The notes under the pieces are model-generated. The model did no database searches and was not told the origin of the DNA. It worked only from the letters and a program-made list of their open reading frames with translations. Shown piece after piece: positions 38,144 through 51,199 of a stretch of DNA of 64,000 bases (positions within the stretch are counted from its first letter, which is position 1; the number at the start of each line of letters is the position of its first letter). The DNA is from Tubulanus polymorphus (Eukaryota > Animalia > Nemertea): positions 16,588,150 through 16,652,149 of the forward strand of contig NC_134026.1 of assembly GCF_964204645.1 (NCBI RefSeq). Reading direction: 5' to 3'. The translations under genes were made by a program, and so were the position numbers.

Positions 38144-40170
38144 ATGTCTGGCAACACCGTTCTTATTAAAATCAACAACTCGTTTCAAAATATCAGAGTA
38201 CTTGTAGATACCGGGGCCTCCGTTTCTATTTTAAGCCAAGCAAAGCTTTCGAGACTCGAAGTTCCTGACTCTGCTATTGATCGGGCAAATATTAAATCGG
38301 TTAGCGGAGTTGGTGGACAGAAAACTAACGTGCTTAGTAAAATTCATTTGGCGATTAAAATTGAAGGTGTTGCCTTTCGTCACGACTTCATTCTCTTGCC
38401 AAGTTGTCAAAATCCAATTATACTCGGTGATGACTTTTTACTTCACCACAGTGCAAAGGTTAAATATTGGCACAATACACGCACACTAAACGCTTAGCTA
38501 TGATACAATTATAGCTCCTATCACATGTAGTAGCTCGCACCTGAAACGCATTAAAATCCCGGCTAGATCTGAGTAATTCCGTTAAACCTAACTCGCATTC
38601 CGGACGTGGTTACCGCTCATATACAGCCACATCCAAACATTAGGTCAATGCTATTAGCTGGATCACAATGTGTCGTGCAATCATGTAGAAATACAAACCC
38701 GATTATGAGCATAACTAATCCAAACGATTACTCAATTGCGATACCGCGTAATACTGTTGTGGGCCTCGTGGCTGTAATTGACCCCGAAGATGTAATTTCA
38801 TTAGTTGACATGTCTCCTCCTAGTTCTGAAGCAAATTCTAAAAACAAACCAGTTCAAAAAGAACCAGTAAAATTTAATCTACCATCAGAGGACGACATGA
38901 CATCGAAAGAGCGAGAACGGCTACAAGAATTTTTGAATCAGAATCGAGACCTTTTCTCTGATGATTTAGATTCATTAGCTAGAACTGAACGCGTTGCTCA
39001 TAAAATAGAAACCCTTGCTGACCAAGAGCTGGTAAGACTTTTGCCATATCGACAAAACCCAGAAGCTAAAGAAAATCTAAACAAAATATTAGATGAATTC
39101 TAACACTCTAATATATGTGCACCGAGCACTTCTAATTGGCATAGCCACGTTGTTTTTGTAAAAATGCGTAAATGCGAAGTATTTCACTTCTCTCAAGGCA
39201 GTTTCCAATGGACCCTGAAACTAGACATAAAGCTGCTTTTATGTCGCCTAATGGTATATTCGAATGAAATAGACTACCATTTGGTCTCAGGAATAGTCCA
39301 ATCACGTTCCAAGCTCTTATGGCCGATGTTTTGAGTAAATTTCAAAATCGCACTTTGCTACGTCGACGATATCTTAATTTTCAGTCCCGATTTTGAAGCT
39401 CATTTGAAACACCTAAATGAAATTTTCAATAGGTTACGCAACGCAGGCCTAACTCTTGAAACGTCTAAATGTTTCTTTGCAATGCCATCATTTCATTACC
39501 TAGGATACATTATGTAGCGTGAAGGTTTTCAAACCGACCCTGAAAAGACTAAAATTATCAATTCGTTCCTAGTTCCTACTAAACAAAAGGAAGTGCGTCG
39601 TTTCTTGGGTCTGGCTAATTTCTACTGTTGCTTTGTTAAAGGCTATTCGAATATCGTCGCACCTCTCAATAGATTGCTTCACAAAAACACACCGTTCAAT
39701 TGGACTAAAGAGTGTCAAGATGCTTTCGAGAATATGAAACAGGCACTGGTTTCGGCTCCAATTCTAGCTTACCCCAACCTAAACAAACCATTTGTGCTAA
39801 CTACTGATGCTTCCACAAATGGAATAGCATACATCTTGAGCCAAATCATTGAAGATGACAAAGAACGCCCTATAGCATATGGTGGTAGAGCCCTTCGACC
39901 AAACGAACGGAACTGAAACACACCTGAACAGGAATGTTTAGCCGTAGTAGAAGGCATACAGCACTATAAGGAATATTTGACCGACCAACCTTTCAAAATT
40001 ATAACCGATCATATCGCCTTGAAATGGTTAGCTGATGTGAAACAAGATAAGAATAGGCGTCTACACCAACGTCTACTACAATCGTATAATTACGAAGTCA
40101 TCCACAGACCTGGTGTTAACAATACCAACGCGGATCTCGCATACCAACACCAACTACAATCGCTACACCT
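38144..40170 (+). pseudogene. pol remnant: aspartic protease, reverse transcriptase, RNase H
   Basis: VLVDTGASVSIL; LPFGLRNSPITFQ; YVDDILI (~39359); RRFLGLANFY; LTTDAS; IITDH. Confidence 0.92.
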
Positions 40171-40499
40171 GTAAACACCATGTCTCCATGACTCCGACTT
40201 AATATAGCTTGTTTGATCGAATACTATTGGTGCTGTCCATCGTTCGAACTATTCAGAAATCACTCACCACTTACTTTCCTTGCTCTTCATCATCACGGTT
40301 CAGTTACTTTGTGCTATAACCTAACAGCTGGGGTTAATTGTCACACTCATCTTCTACATCTCGTATCTTTTTAGATCTCATACTAAGTGGTATAATGGCG
40401 TTATTCTGGATACTGTTATTCACTCGATTCGCTATGACATCATCTTCGACAGTCATTCAACGATTAAACTATGGCTTGATATTCAAATAAGTCGGAAAC

Positions 40500-42260
40500 A
40501 TCGAAATGTCAAACGAATACTGGACACACACCTTCCAGACCGAATTACCTACGACAGACTTTACGCGCTACGATATTCGCAGCTGCCATGACACGGAAAA
40601 CGCCACTGTCAACTGAAAAACCGTGCAGTATACATGCTTATGCAAATACGCTCCAAGACAATCGCACGCATTAACGAAACGCTCAACGTAATTCAAACCT
40701 TGATACAAGAAGCCCCTGTTCCATCGAAACGATCAAAACGGTCAGCACCTCTTTCATTTATCGGGTCTTTCAGTAAAAGTCTTTTCGGCACGGCAACTAT
40801 GGACGACATAAAAATCTTGGCCCAACACATTTCAAAACTCACAGCCCGCTCAAATTCACTTTCTTCTGCTGTTTCACAACACGGCGATCATTTCTCTTCA
40901 TACGCTAATCTTGTGTCTCGACGGACGGACCGAGCTTTCAAAGCTATCAGAGAGAACTTCCATCAAATAAAAGTTCTGCAATCGAACATCCAATATCACA
41001 TTCAAGATGAAGAAAGTGCAACTGATCAATTGGACGCTTTATTGTCAAGCCAACTTCAACAAGCAGAAGGCATTTCTATAGCAATGGAAGAGCTAAAAAA
41101 TATCAATCGCTACACTTCACTATAACAAACTGTCACCTTTGTTGATACCTACACAAAACTTCAAAGTGGCTCTCGCGTCACTTCAGAGTTGCAGCGTTAC
41201 TACCATAACCAATACATTGTACGGACGGAGACATATTTTTATTACGAAAACACCCGATCGATTTATTTTAGGAACGCTTCACAATTATACGTCACATTGC
41301 GTATCCCTATATCTTCTTACAAATCCCCGTTAAAACTTTTCAGCATCACATCTCTTCCAGTTCCTATAAATAAATCTGATTCTAAAGCAACCAAATTACT
41401 TGATCTTCCTCCGCATATAGCCATCACAGATGACCGACAGTACCATACTGCACCTTCGCATGATAATGTTCGCGATTGCAAGAAAAAGAAAAAGTTCCTA
41501 TGTCCGTTCAATTTAGCTATGACGTCATCTTTGAAACCCTCATGTGAATATGCAATTCTTTACAACATTGTCAAAGCTATACGCGAGGTTTGTGACCTCC
41601 GGATTGTAATCAACGCTATTAAATCGCGGATATTGAAGTGTCACCTGGCATTGTCTTAGTTTACCGAAGCCCTGTGATCACTATTGATTGTTTGAATGAC
41701 AAACGAGAAGTTCAAGAATTTTGCGAATTTTGTATCAATAAGATTCCATGTTTCTGTGCCATCCACGCTAATGATCTCGATTTGTTTCCGCGCTCTAGTT
41801 CCTGTCACAATAATTTGCCTCTGACTGTATTACATCCTGTGAACCTTGCACTCCTCCATGCATTTTTTGAGAATGACCCTTCGGTTGCAGCATTGACATG
41901 TGAAACTACATCTGACAAACCACTTTCAGTGCATATCCCTGACTTTAATGTTTACAACCATTCTATGTCGCAACTTCTCGCAAACCACCGACAAGATGAC
42001 TTAAACGCATTACCAAAGCCATCAAGGACGGTCGTCGCATTTACGCTTCGCTATCATCACCACTACTGACTGGTGATCTGTCTACTTGGACCACGTGGCC
42101 TCACTTTAACGGCATTCTAACATTAGCTGCCCTCGGACTTAACATATTTGTGCTATTTACTTGTGTATTTCTTTTTAAACGCTATCAAATGGTTGCTACA
42201 GCACTACTGTTGATCCAGAAAGGTTCAAACTCTGGTGTTATTGCTGCAGCAGCCCGGCTC
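40500..42260 (+). pseudogene. env-like class I fusion glycoprotein remnant
   Basis: Furin-like site RSKR followed by fusion-peptide-like SAPLSFIGSFSKSLFGTAT; heptad region; Cys-rich ectodomain; TM GILTLAALGLNIFVLFTCVFLF. Confidence 0.75.
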
Positions 42261-42729
42261 GGGCTGGCGCCATCGTCTATTACTTTTTCAAAGAAAGAAT
42301 GTATTTTGTAGTGAAAGCTAAGCTAGGACCAAAGAAATTGCTACACTTACTGAGTTCGAGACGCAAAATTAGATAGCCATTATAATCGTCACAAACGAAC
42401 AAACTCTAAGCGAACTAAGAGCCGCACGAATGTCAAATGAATTGCTCACCATTTTGTGACTCACAAAACTACGTCAGAGGTGCCGAAATTCCCGGGAATT
42501 CCGAGAATTTCCCGTATTGACGTCTGAAACACAATATAGGTCAACACAAGTAACTTGTAGAAAGCGAAGAATTTTCGATATTTTTCGTTTTGAAGCTTAC
42601 CGGCCTGACCTCCGCGCATCAATTCTACTAGCTTCACGATAAAAGACAACCCCGTAAGTATGACCACTAAATTTTGTGCTGCGATTTAACATAATCTTGG
42701 CAGACTGCCAACCAACAGCCATGACATAG

Positions 42730-43810
42730 GTAAACCAATAATAATAGAATATATCTATGCAGATAATGTTTACATAAATTCAGTAATGAAAGTGCATCAT
42801 TAGATTTATAAGCAAGTATATGTGATAATTATGATTATTGTAAATTAATTTTACCAACAGTAAAAGATGATAAATTAGAATTTGAAAAGTATGAATATAA
42901 GAATAAGTACCATTTGTAATATATGGAGATTTCGAGTCATTGAATAAGGAATTAACTGATCAAGATAGAAACGAATTATATTATAAAGACATAATTTAAA
43001 TTCTAATTCTGATGGAAATAATTATTCAGATCGTTCAATAACATATACTATCAAAATAATTCATCAAAGTGCTGCAGCTTTCCGATTGTATAATAAATCT
43101 GATTATCCAAAACTAATTAAAAGTTAATTGAATATGAAATGAAAATTAAGTAAATTATTAGATACAAATATAGAAATTATAATGACAGAAGATGATGAAA
43201 TACAATTTGATTTTGCTGATAAATGTTATTATTGTGAAAAGATATTTAATTTTAAAGATAAAAAAGTTAGAGATCATGACCCCAATCATTTGAATGGTAG
43301 ATTTAGAGGTGCAGCACTCTTCTTTGAAAATTGTAATTTGCAAGCTAAGAAAATTAATTTTGTTATATTTCATAATTTATCAGGGTATGATGCACATTTA
43401 TTTATTAAACAACTATGTCATAAAATAGAAGAAATCAATAACGAAATAAAAACTCTAAATTCAAATAGATCAAAAGATGTTGTTAAAATACCAACTCATG
43501 AATTTAAAATGCTAGCTGAAACATCTGAAAATTATAAATCTTTCCAATTTGGATGTTTAAGATTTATAGATTCTCATAGATTCTTAACTAGTTCATTAGA
43601 TAATTTATCAAAATCATTAGTTGATGATGAATTAAAAATATCAAAAGAATATTTTCCAAATGATAATGATTTCCAATGAATGTGATACAAAGATGCGATT
43701 CCATATTCTTTTTATAAAAATCATAATGATTTTAGAATGAAATAACGATTAAAGTAACAATTCTATCATCAATAAAAAATGAAGATGTAAAAGATGAGGT
43801 TTATAATAGA
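42730..43810 (+). pseudogene. Protein-primed PolB fragment (exonuclease region), copy D
   Basis: IYGDFES, CYYC...VRDHD...GRFRGAA...CNL, IFHNLSGYDAHLFIK, LRFIDSHRFLTSSLDNL. Confidence 0.88.
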
Positions 43811-44139
43811 AATGGTCTATTGTACTAAATGCCTTTTGAGGTCAAGCAGAATTAGTACAAATTAGTGCTCCATCTTCAAGGTTTTTAGTGTGCTTCGCTG
43901 ATAATGTTACCAAAACAATGCTAAATCTGTTGAATAATTTTTCCGAAAGCACTGTATGTCAGATAGAACCAAGGGTTTAGGACAAAAGTTCAATAATCGA
44001 TTATATATGAGTTTTCCTACAATTTTTAAAGATTAGTATAGAATTGAGCAAGGACGATAGTTCAGCTTGGCGCGCGTCACCAGATTTAAAGATAGGTACA
44101 ACTCTTACCGTTTTGCGATATCCTAAGTATAGATTTTAC

Positions 44140-44882
44140 CATATAGTATAATCAACTAAAGTTCGTCGTCTATCTCGAGGTAAATAGCATAATTCATTTA
44201 TAGCTGGTCATCTATATCTCTAACAAAACATTACCCATCGTCTATATTGGATGCATAGTATAATTGATTATAGCTCATCGTCTCGACCTTTCGAGCAAAC
44301 ATAACCCGTCGTCTATTTTGGTTACATAGTATAATTGACTTTAGCTCGTTGTCTTTTTCGAGCTAAACATTATCTGTCGTCTTTTTCGGGTGCATAGTAT
44401 AATTAATTATAACTCGTCACCTTTTTCAAACAATCATAACCCATCGTCTATTCCGGGGGCATAGTATAATTGATTATAGGTCGTCTATTTCGACCAAAAC
44501 AGTACCCGTCGTCTATCTCGGGTACATTAGCTCGTCGTCTATTTCGACCAAAACATTACCGTCGTCCATCTCGGGTACATAGTATAATTAATTATAGCTC
44601 GTCGTCTTTTTCGAGGAACCTTTACCCGTCGTCTATCTCGAGGTAAATAGCATAATTCATTTATAGCTCGTCGTCTATATCTTTAACGAAACACCACCCA
44701 TCGTCTATTCCGGGGGCATAGTTTGATTAATTATAGCTCGTCTATTTTGAGCAAAGCATTACCCGTCGTCTAGTTCAATTAATCATAGCTCGTCGTCTAG
44801 CACGAGTAAAACATTACCCGTCCTCTATCTCGGGTAGATAGAATAATTAATTATAGCTCGTCATCTATCTCGAGCATAGATT
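44140..44882. repeat. Degenerate minisatellite (~60-65-bp unit)
   Basis: Recurring TAGTATAATT(G/A)ATTATAGCTCGTCGTCTATTTCG...TACCCGTCGTCTAT; duplicated at 49749-50491. Confidence 0.9.
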
Positions 44883-44889
44883 ACCCCTC

Positions 44890-45455
44890 AACCTCTGGTG
44901 CAGAGGGTCAACCACAGGCCCTCTTTTTATCGACCTTTTCAGGGATCGCCTTACATTATGCGCCAATTTTATCGTCACATGAAGTCGCCTTTGGAATGTT
45001 GTAAGCCGAACCCATCGTTGAATACACACACACACCTACACACAGCGGCTCGAGGTATACCTGATGTCCACATCAAGGCTGCTGGTAGACGGAGCTCGGA
45101 GGCTTACCGGAAATATAAACACTTGCTAGATAACGTTACAGCTGGGGCGCAACTCTGGATCATCTGTTTTGACTCTTTAAGATTCGTGTTTGACACTCAT
45201 ACCTCCTATTGCAGCTGGGGCGCAACTTGGTATCATATACAGGCTTTAGGAACGTTCAGTTCATCCGCTGCTATGACAACCATTGTTGTCTTGGCCTAAT
45301 TACCATGATGTGATTGCCATGGTAACGAGTATTTTAACATTTAATTCCTAGTAATTTTAATTAGGCCGAGCAGCTGGGGCGTTTGACATATGTTTATTGT
45401 AAATATTGTATATTTTGTATTCTAATAATAAATGTCAAGCAGCTGGGGCGCTTGG
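44890..45455 (+). mobile_element. DIRS/Ngaro-type tyrosine-recombinase retroelement 3' remnant
   Basis: AARGIPDVHIKAAGRRSSEAYRKY matches the YR C-terminal GRW-S-x-A-Y-x-x-Y box; followed by four CAGCTGGGGCG repeats; duplicated at 50499-51064. Confidence 0.7.
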
Positions 45456-46108
45456 CCATTTTCAATTTAAAATCATCGACCTTATCATTCTTTCTCGTTG
45501 CAAACTCGTTGCAAAGAGATAACTTTTGCGCATAAAGGAAAAATGTGCAATAAGGATTAAATGTATACAGCACTATAAGGAATATTTGACCGACCAACCT
45601 TTCAAAATTATAACCGATCATATCGCCTTGAAATGGTTAGCTGATGTGAAACAAGATAAGAATAGGCGTCTACACCAACGTCTACTACAATCGTATAATT
45701 ACGAAGTCATCCACAGACCTGGTGTTAACAATACCAACGCGGATCTCGCATACCAACACCAACTACAATCGCTACACCTGTAAACACCATGTCTCCATGA
45801 CTCCGACTTAATATAGCTTGTTTGATCGAATACTATTGGTGCTGTCCATCGTTCGAACTATTCAGAAATCACTCACCACTTACTTTCCTTGCTCTTCATC
45901 ATCACGGTTCAGTTACTTTGTGCTATAACCTAACAGCTGGGGTTAATTGTCACACTCATCTTCTACATCTCGTATCTTTTTAGATCTCATACTAAGTGGT
46001 ATAATGGCGTTATTCTGGATACTGTTATTCACTCGATTCGCTATGACATCATCTTCGACAGTCATTCAACGATTAAACTATGGCTTGATATTCAAATAAG
46101 TCGGAAAC

Positions 46109-47869
46109 ATCGAAATGTCAAACGAATACTGGACACACACCTTCCAGACCGAATTACCTACGACAGACTTTACGCGCTACGATATTCGCAGCTGCCATGA
46201 CACGGAAAACGCCACTGTCAACTGAAAAACCGTGCAGTATACATGCTTATGCAAATACGCTCCAAGACAATCGCACGCATTAACGAAACGCTCAACGTAA
46301 TTCAAACCTTGATACAAGAAGCCCCTGTTCCATCGAAACGATCAAAACGGTCAGCACCTCTTTCATTTATCGGGTCTTTCAGTAAAAGTCTTTTCGGCAC
46401 GGCAACTATGGACGACATAAAAATCTTGGCCCAACACATTTCAAAACTCACAGCCCGCTCAAATTCACTTTCTTCTGCTGTTTCACAACACGGCGATCAT
46501 TTCTCTTCATACGCTAATCTTGTGTCTCGACGGACGGACCGAGCTTTCAAAGCTATCAGAGAGAACTTCCATCAAATAAAAGTTCTGCAATCGAACATCC
46601 AATATCACATTCAAGATGAAGAAAGTGCAACTGATCAATTGGACGCTTTATTGTCAAGCCAACTTCAACAAGCAGAAGGCATTTCTATAGCAATGGAAGA
46701 GCTAAAAAATATCAATCGCTACACTTCACTATAACAAACTGTCACCTTTGTTGATACCTACACAAAACTTCAAAGTGGCTCTCGCGTCACTTCAGAGTTG
46801 CAGCGTTACTACCATAACCAATACATTGTACGGACGGAGACATATTTTTATTACGAAAACACCCGATCGATTTATTTTAGGAACGCTTCACAATTATACG
46901 TCACATTGCGTATCCCTATATCTTCTTACAAATCCCCGTTAAAACTTTTCAGCATCACATCTCTTCCAGTTCCTATAAATAAATCTGATTCTAAAGCAAC
47001 CAAATTACTTGATCTTCCTCCGCATATAGCCATCACAGATGACCGACAGTACCATACTGCACCTTCGCATGATAATGTTCGCGATTGCAAGAAAAAGAAA
47101 AAGTTCCTATGTCCGTTCAATTTAGCTATGACGTCATCTTTGAAACCCTCATGTGAATATGCAATTCTTTACAACATTGTCAAAGCTATACGCGAGGTTT
47201 GTGACCTCCGGATTGTAATCAACGCTATTAAATCGCGGATATTGAAGTGTCACCTGGCATTGTCTTAGTTTACCGAAGCCCTGTGATCACTATTGATTGT
47301 TTGAATGACAAACGAGAAGTTCAAGAATTTTGCGAATTTTGTATCAATAAGATTCCATGTTTCTGTGCCATCCACGCTAATGATCTCGATTTGTTTCCGC
47401 GCTCTAGTTCCTGTCACAATAATTTGCCTCTGACTGTATTACATCCTGTGAACCTTGCACTCCTCCATGCATTTTTTGAGAATGACCCTTCGGTTGCAGC
47501 ATTGACATGTGAAACTACATCTGACAAACCACTTTCAGTGCATATCCCTGACTTTAATGTTTACAACCATTCTATGTCGCAACTTCTCGCAAACCACCGA
47601 CAAGATGACTTAAACGCATTACCAAAGCCATCAAGGACGGTCGTCGCATTTACGCTTCGCTATCATCACCACTACTGACTGGTGATCTGTCTACTTGGAC
47701 CACGTGGCCTCACTTTAACGGCATTCTAACATTAGCTGCCCTCGGACTTAACATATTTGTGCTATTTACTTGTGTATTTCTTTTTAAACGCTATCAAATG
47801 GTTGCTACAGCACTACTGTTGATCCAGAAAGGTTCAAACTCTGGTGTTATTGCTGCAGCAGCCCGGCTC
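46109..47869 (+). pseudogene. env-like remnant, duplicated copy
   Basis: Identical to 40500-42260. Confidence 0.75.
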
Positions 47870-48338
47870 GGGCTGGCGCCATCGTCTATTACTTTTTCAA
47901 AGAAAGAATGTATTTTGTAGTGAAAGCTAAGCTAGGACCAAAGAAATTGCTACACTTACTGAGTTCGAGACGCAAAATTAGATAGCCATTATAATCGTCA
48001 CAAACGAACAAACTCTAAGCGAACTAAGAGCCGCACGAATGTCAAATGAATTGCTCACCATTTTGTGACTCACAAAACTACGTCAGAGGTGCCGAAATTC
48101 CCGGGAATTCCGAGAATTTCCCGTATTGACGTCTGAAACACAATATAGGTCAACACAAGTAACTTGTAGAAAGCGAAGAATTTTCGATATTTTTCGTTTT
48201 GAAGCTTACCGGCCTGACCTCCGCGCATCAATTCTACTAGCTTCACGATAAAAGACAACCCCGTAAGTATGACCACTAAATTTTGTGCTGCGATTTAACA
48301 TAATCTTGGCAGACTGCCAACCAACAGCCATGACATAG

Positions 48339-49419
48339 GTAAACCAATAATAATAGAATATATCTATGCAGATAATGTTTACATAAATTCAGTAATGAAA
48401 GTGCATCATTAGATTTATAAGCAAGTATATGTGATAATTATGATTATTGTAAATTAATTTTACCAACAGTAAAAGATGATAAATTAGAATTTGAAAAGTA
48501 TGAATATAAGAATAAGTACCATTTGTAATATATGGAGATTTCGAGTCATTGAATAAGGAATTAACTGATCAAGATAGAAACGAATTATATTATAAAGACA
48601 TAATTTAAATTCTAATTCTGATGGAAATAATTATTCAGATCGTTCAATAACATATACTATCAAAATAATTCATCAAAGTGCTGCAGCTTTCCGATTGTAT
48701 AATAAATCTGATTATCCAAAACTAATTAAAAGTTAATTGAATATGAAATGAAAATTAAGTAAATTATTAGATACAAATATAGAAATTATAATGACAGAAG
48801 ATGATGAAATACAATTTGATTTTGCTGATAAATGTTATTATTGTGAAAAGATATTTAATTTTAAAGATAAAAAAGTTAGAGATCATGACCCCAATCATTT
48901 GAATGGTAGATTTAGAGGTGCAGCACTCTTCTTTGAAAATTGTAATTTGCAAGCTAAGAAAATTAATTTTGTTATATTTCATAATTTATCAGGGTATGAT
49001 GCACATTTATTTATTAAACAACTATGTCATAAAATAGAAGAAATCAATAACGAAATAAAAACTCTAAATTCAAATAGATCAAAAGATGTTGTTAAAATAC
49101 CAACTCATGAATTTAAAATGCTAGCTGAAACATCTGAAAATTATAAATCTTTCCAATTTGGATGTTTAAGATTTATAGATTCTCATAGATTCTTAACTAG
49201 TTCATTAGATAATTTATCAAAATCATTAGTTGATGATGAATTAAAAATATCAAAAGAATATTTTCCAAATGATAATGATTTCCAATGAATGTGATACAAA
49301 GATGCGATTCCATATTCTTTTTATAAAAATCATAATGATTTTAGAATGAAATAACGATTAAAGTAACAATTCTATCATCAATAAAAAATGAAGATGTAAA
49401 AGATGAGGTTTATAATAGA
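48339..49419 (+). pseudogene. PolB exonuclease fragment, duplicated copy
   Basis: Identical to 42730-43810. Confidence 0.88.
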
Positions 49420-51199
49420 AATGGTCTATTGTACTAAATGCCTTTTGAGGTCAAGCAGAATTAGTACAAATTAGTGCTCCATCTTCAAGGTTTTTAGTGT
49501 GCTTCGCTGATAATGTTACCAAAACAATGCTAAATCTGTTGAATAATTTTTCCGAAAGCACTGTATGTCAGATAGAACCAAGGGTTTAGGACAAAAGTTC
49601 AATAATCGATTATATATGAGTTTTCCTACAATTTTTAAAGATTAGTATAGAATTGAGCAAGGACGATAGTTCAGCTTGGCGCGCGTCACCAGATTTAAAG
49701 ATAGGTACAACTCTTACCGTTTTGCGATATCCTAAGTATAGATTTTACCATATAGTATAATCAACTAAAGTTCGTCGTCTATCTCGAGGTAAATAGCATA
49801 ATTCATTTATAGCTGGTCATCTATATCTCTAACAAAACATTACCCATCGTCTATATTGGATGCATAGTATAATTGATTATAGCTCATCGTCTCGACCTTT
49901 CGAGCAAACATAACCCGTCGTCTATTTTGGTTACATAGTATAATTGACTTTAGCTCGTTGTCTTTTTCGAGCTAAACATTATCTGTCGTCTTTTTCGGGT
50001 GCATAGTATAATTAATTATAACTCGTCACCTTTTTCAAACAATCATAACCCATCGTCTATTCCGGGGGCATAGTATAATTGATTATAGGTCGTCTATTTC
50101 GACCAAAACAGTACCCGTCGTCTATCTCGGGTACATTAGCTCGTCGTCTATTTCGACCAAAACATTACCGTCGTCCATCTCGGGTACATAGTATAATTAA
50201 TTATAGCTCGTCGTCTTTTTCGAGGAACCTTTACCCGTCGTCTATCTCGAGGTAAATAGCATAATTCATTTATAGCTCGTCGTCTATATCTTTAACGAAA
50301 CACCACCCATCGTCTATTCCGGGGGCATAGTTTGATTAATTATAGCTCGTCTATTTTGAGCAAAGCATTACCCGTCGTCTAGTTCAATTAATCATAGCTC
50401 GTCGTCTAGCACGAGTAAAACATTACCCGTCCTCTATCTCGGGTAGATAGAATAATTAATTATAGCTCGTCATCTATCTCGAGCATAGATTACCCCTCAA
50501 CCTCTGGTGCAGAGGGTCAACCACAGGCCCTCTTTTTATCGACCTTTTCAGGGATCGCCTTACATTATGCGCCAATTTTATCGTCACATGAAGTCGCCTT
50601 TGGAATGTTGTAAGCCGAACCCATCGTTGAATACACACACACACCTACACACAGCGGCTCGAGGTATACCTGATGTCCACATCAAGGCTGCTGGTAGACG
50701 GAGCTCGGAGGCTTACCGGAAATATAAACACTTGCTAGATAACGTTACAGCTGGGGCGCAACTCTGGATCATCTGTTTTGACTCTTTAAGATTCGTGTTT
50801 GACACTCATACCTCCTATTGCAGCTGGGGCGCAACTTGGTATCATATACAGGCTTTAGGAACGTTCAGTTCATCCGCTGCTATGACAACCATTGTTGTCT
50901 TGGCCTAATTACCATGATGTGATTGCCATGGTAACGAGTATTTTAACATTTAATTCCTAGTAATTTTAATTAGGCCGAGCAGCTGGGGCGTTTGACATAT
51001 GTTTATTGTAAATATTGTATATTTTGTATTCTAATAATAAATGTCAAGCAGCTGGGGCGCTTGGCCATTTTCAATTTAAAATCATCGACCTTATCATTCT
51101 TTCTCGTTGCAAACTCGTTGCAAAGAGATAACTTTTGCGCATAAAGGAAAAATGTGCAATAAGGATTAAATGTATTATGAAATTAATTAGGTTAACCAA

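Larger units (their letters stand above)
36700..42720 (+). mobile_element. Degenerate env-bearing Ty3/Gypsy retrotransposon (integrase deleted)
   Basis: gag-like region with Cys/His knuckle, protease, RT, RNase H and env in order; ends are approximate. Confidence 0.85.
39956..51173. repeat. Tandem duplication of a 5609-bp unit (39956-45564 and 45565-51173)
   Basis: All ORFs recur at +5609 with identical translations; 2-nt AT microhomology at the junction. Confidence 0.95.

Noticed and set aside
44140-44882. CRISPR-like array
   Set aside because: Units are degenerate along their whole length with no unique spacers or cas genes, in a eukaryotic context; it is a minisatellite.
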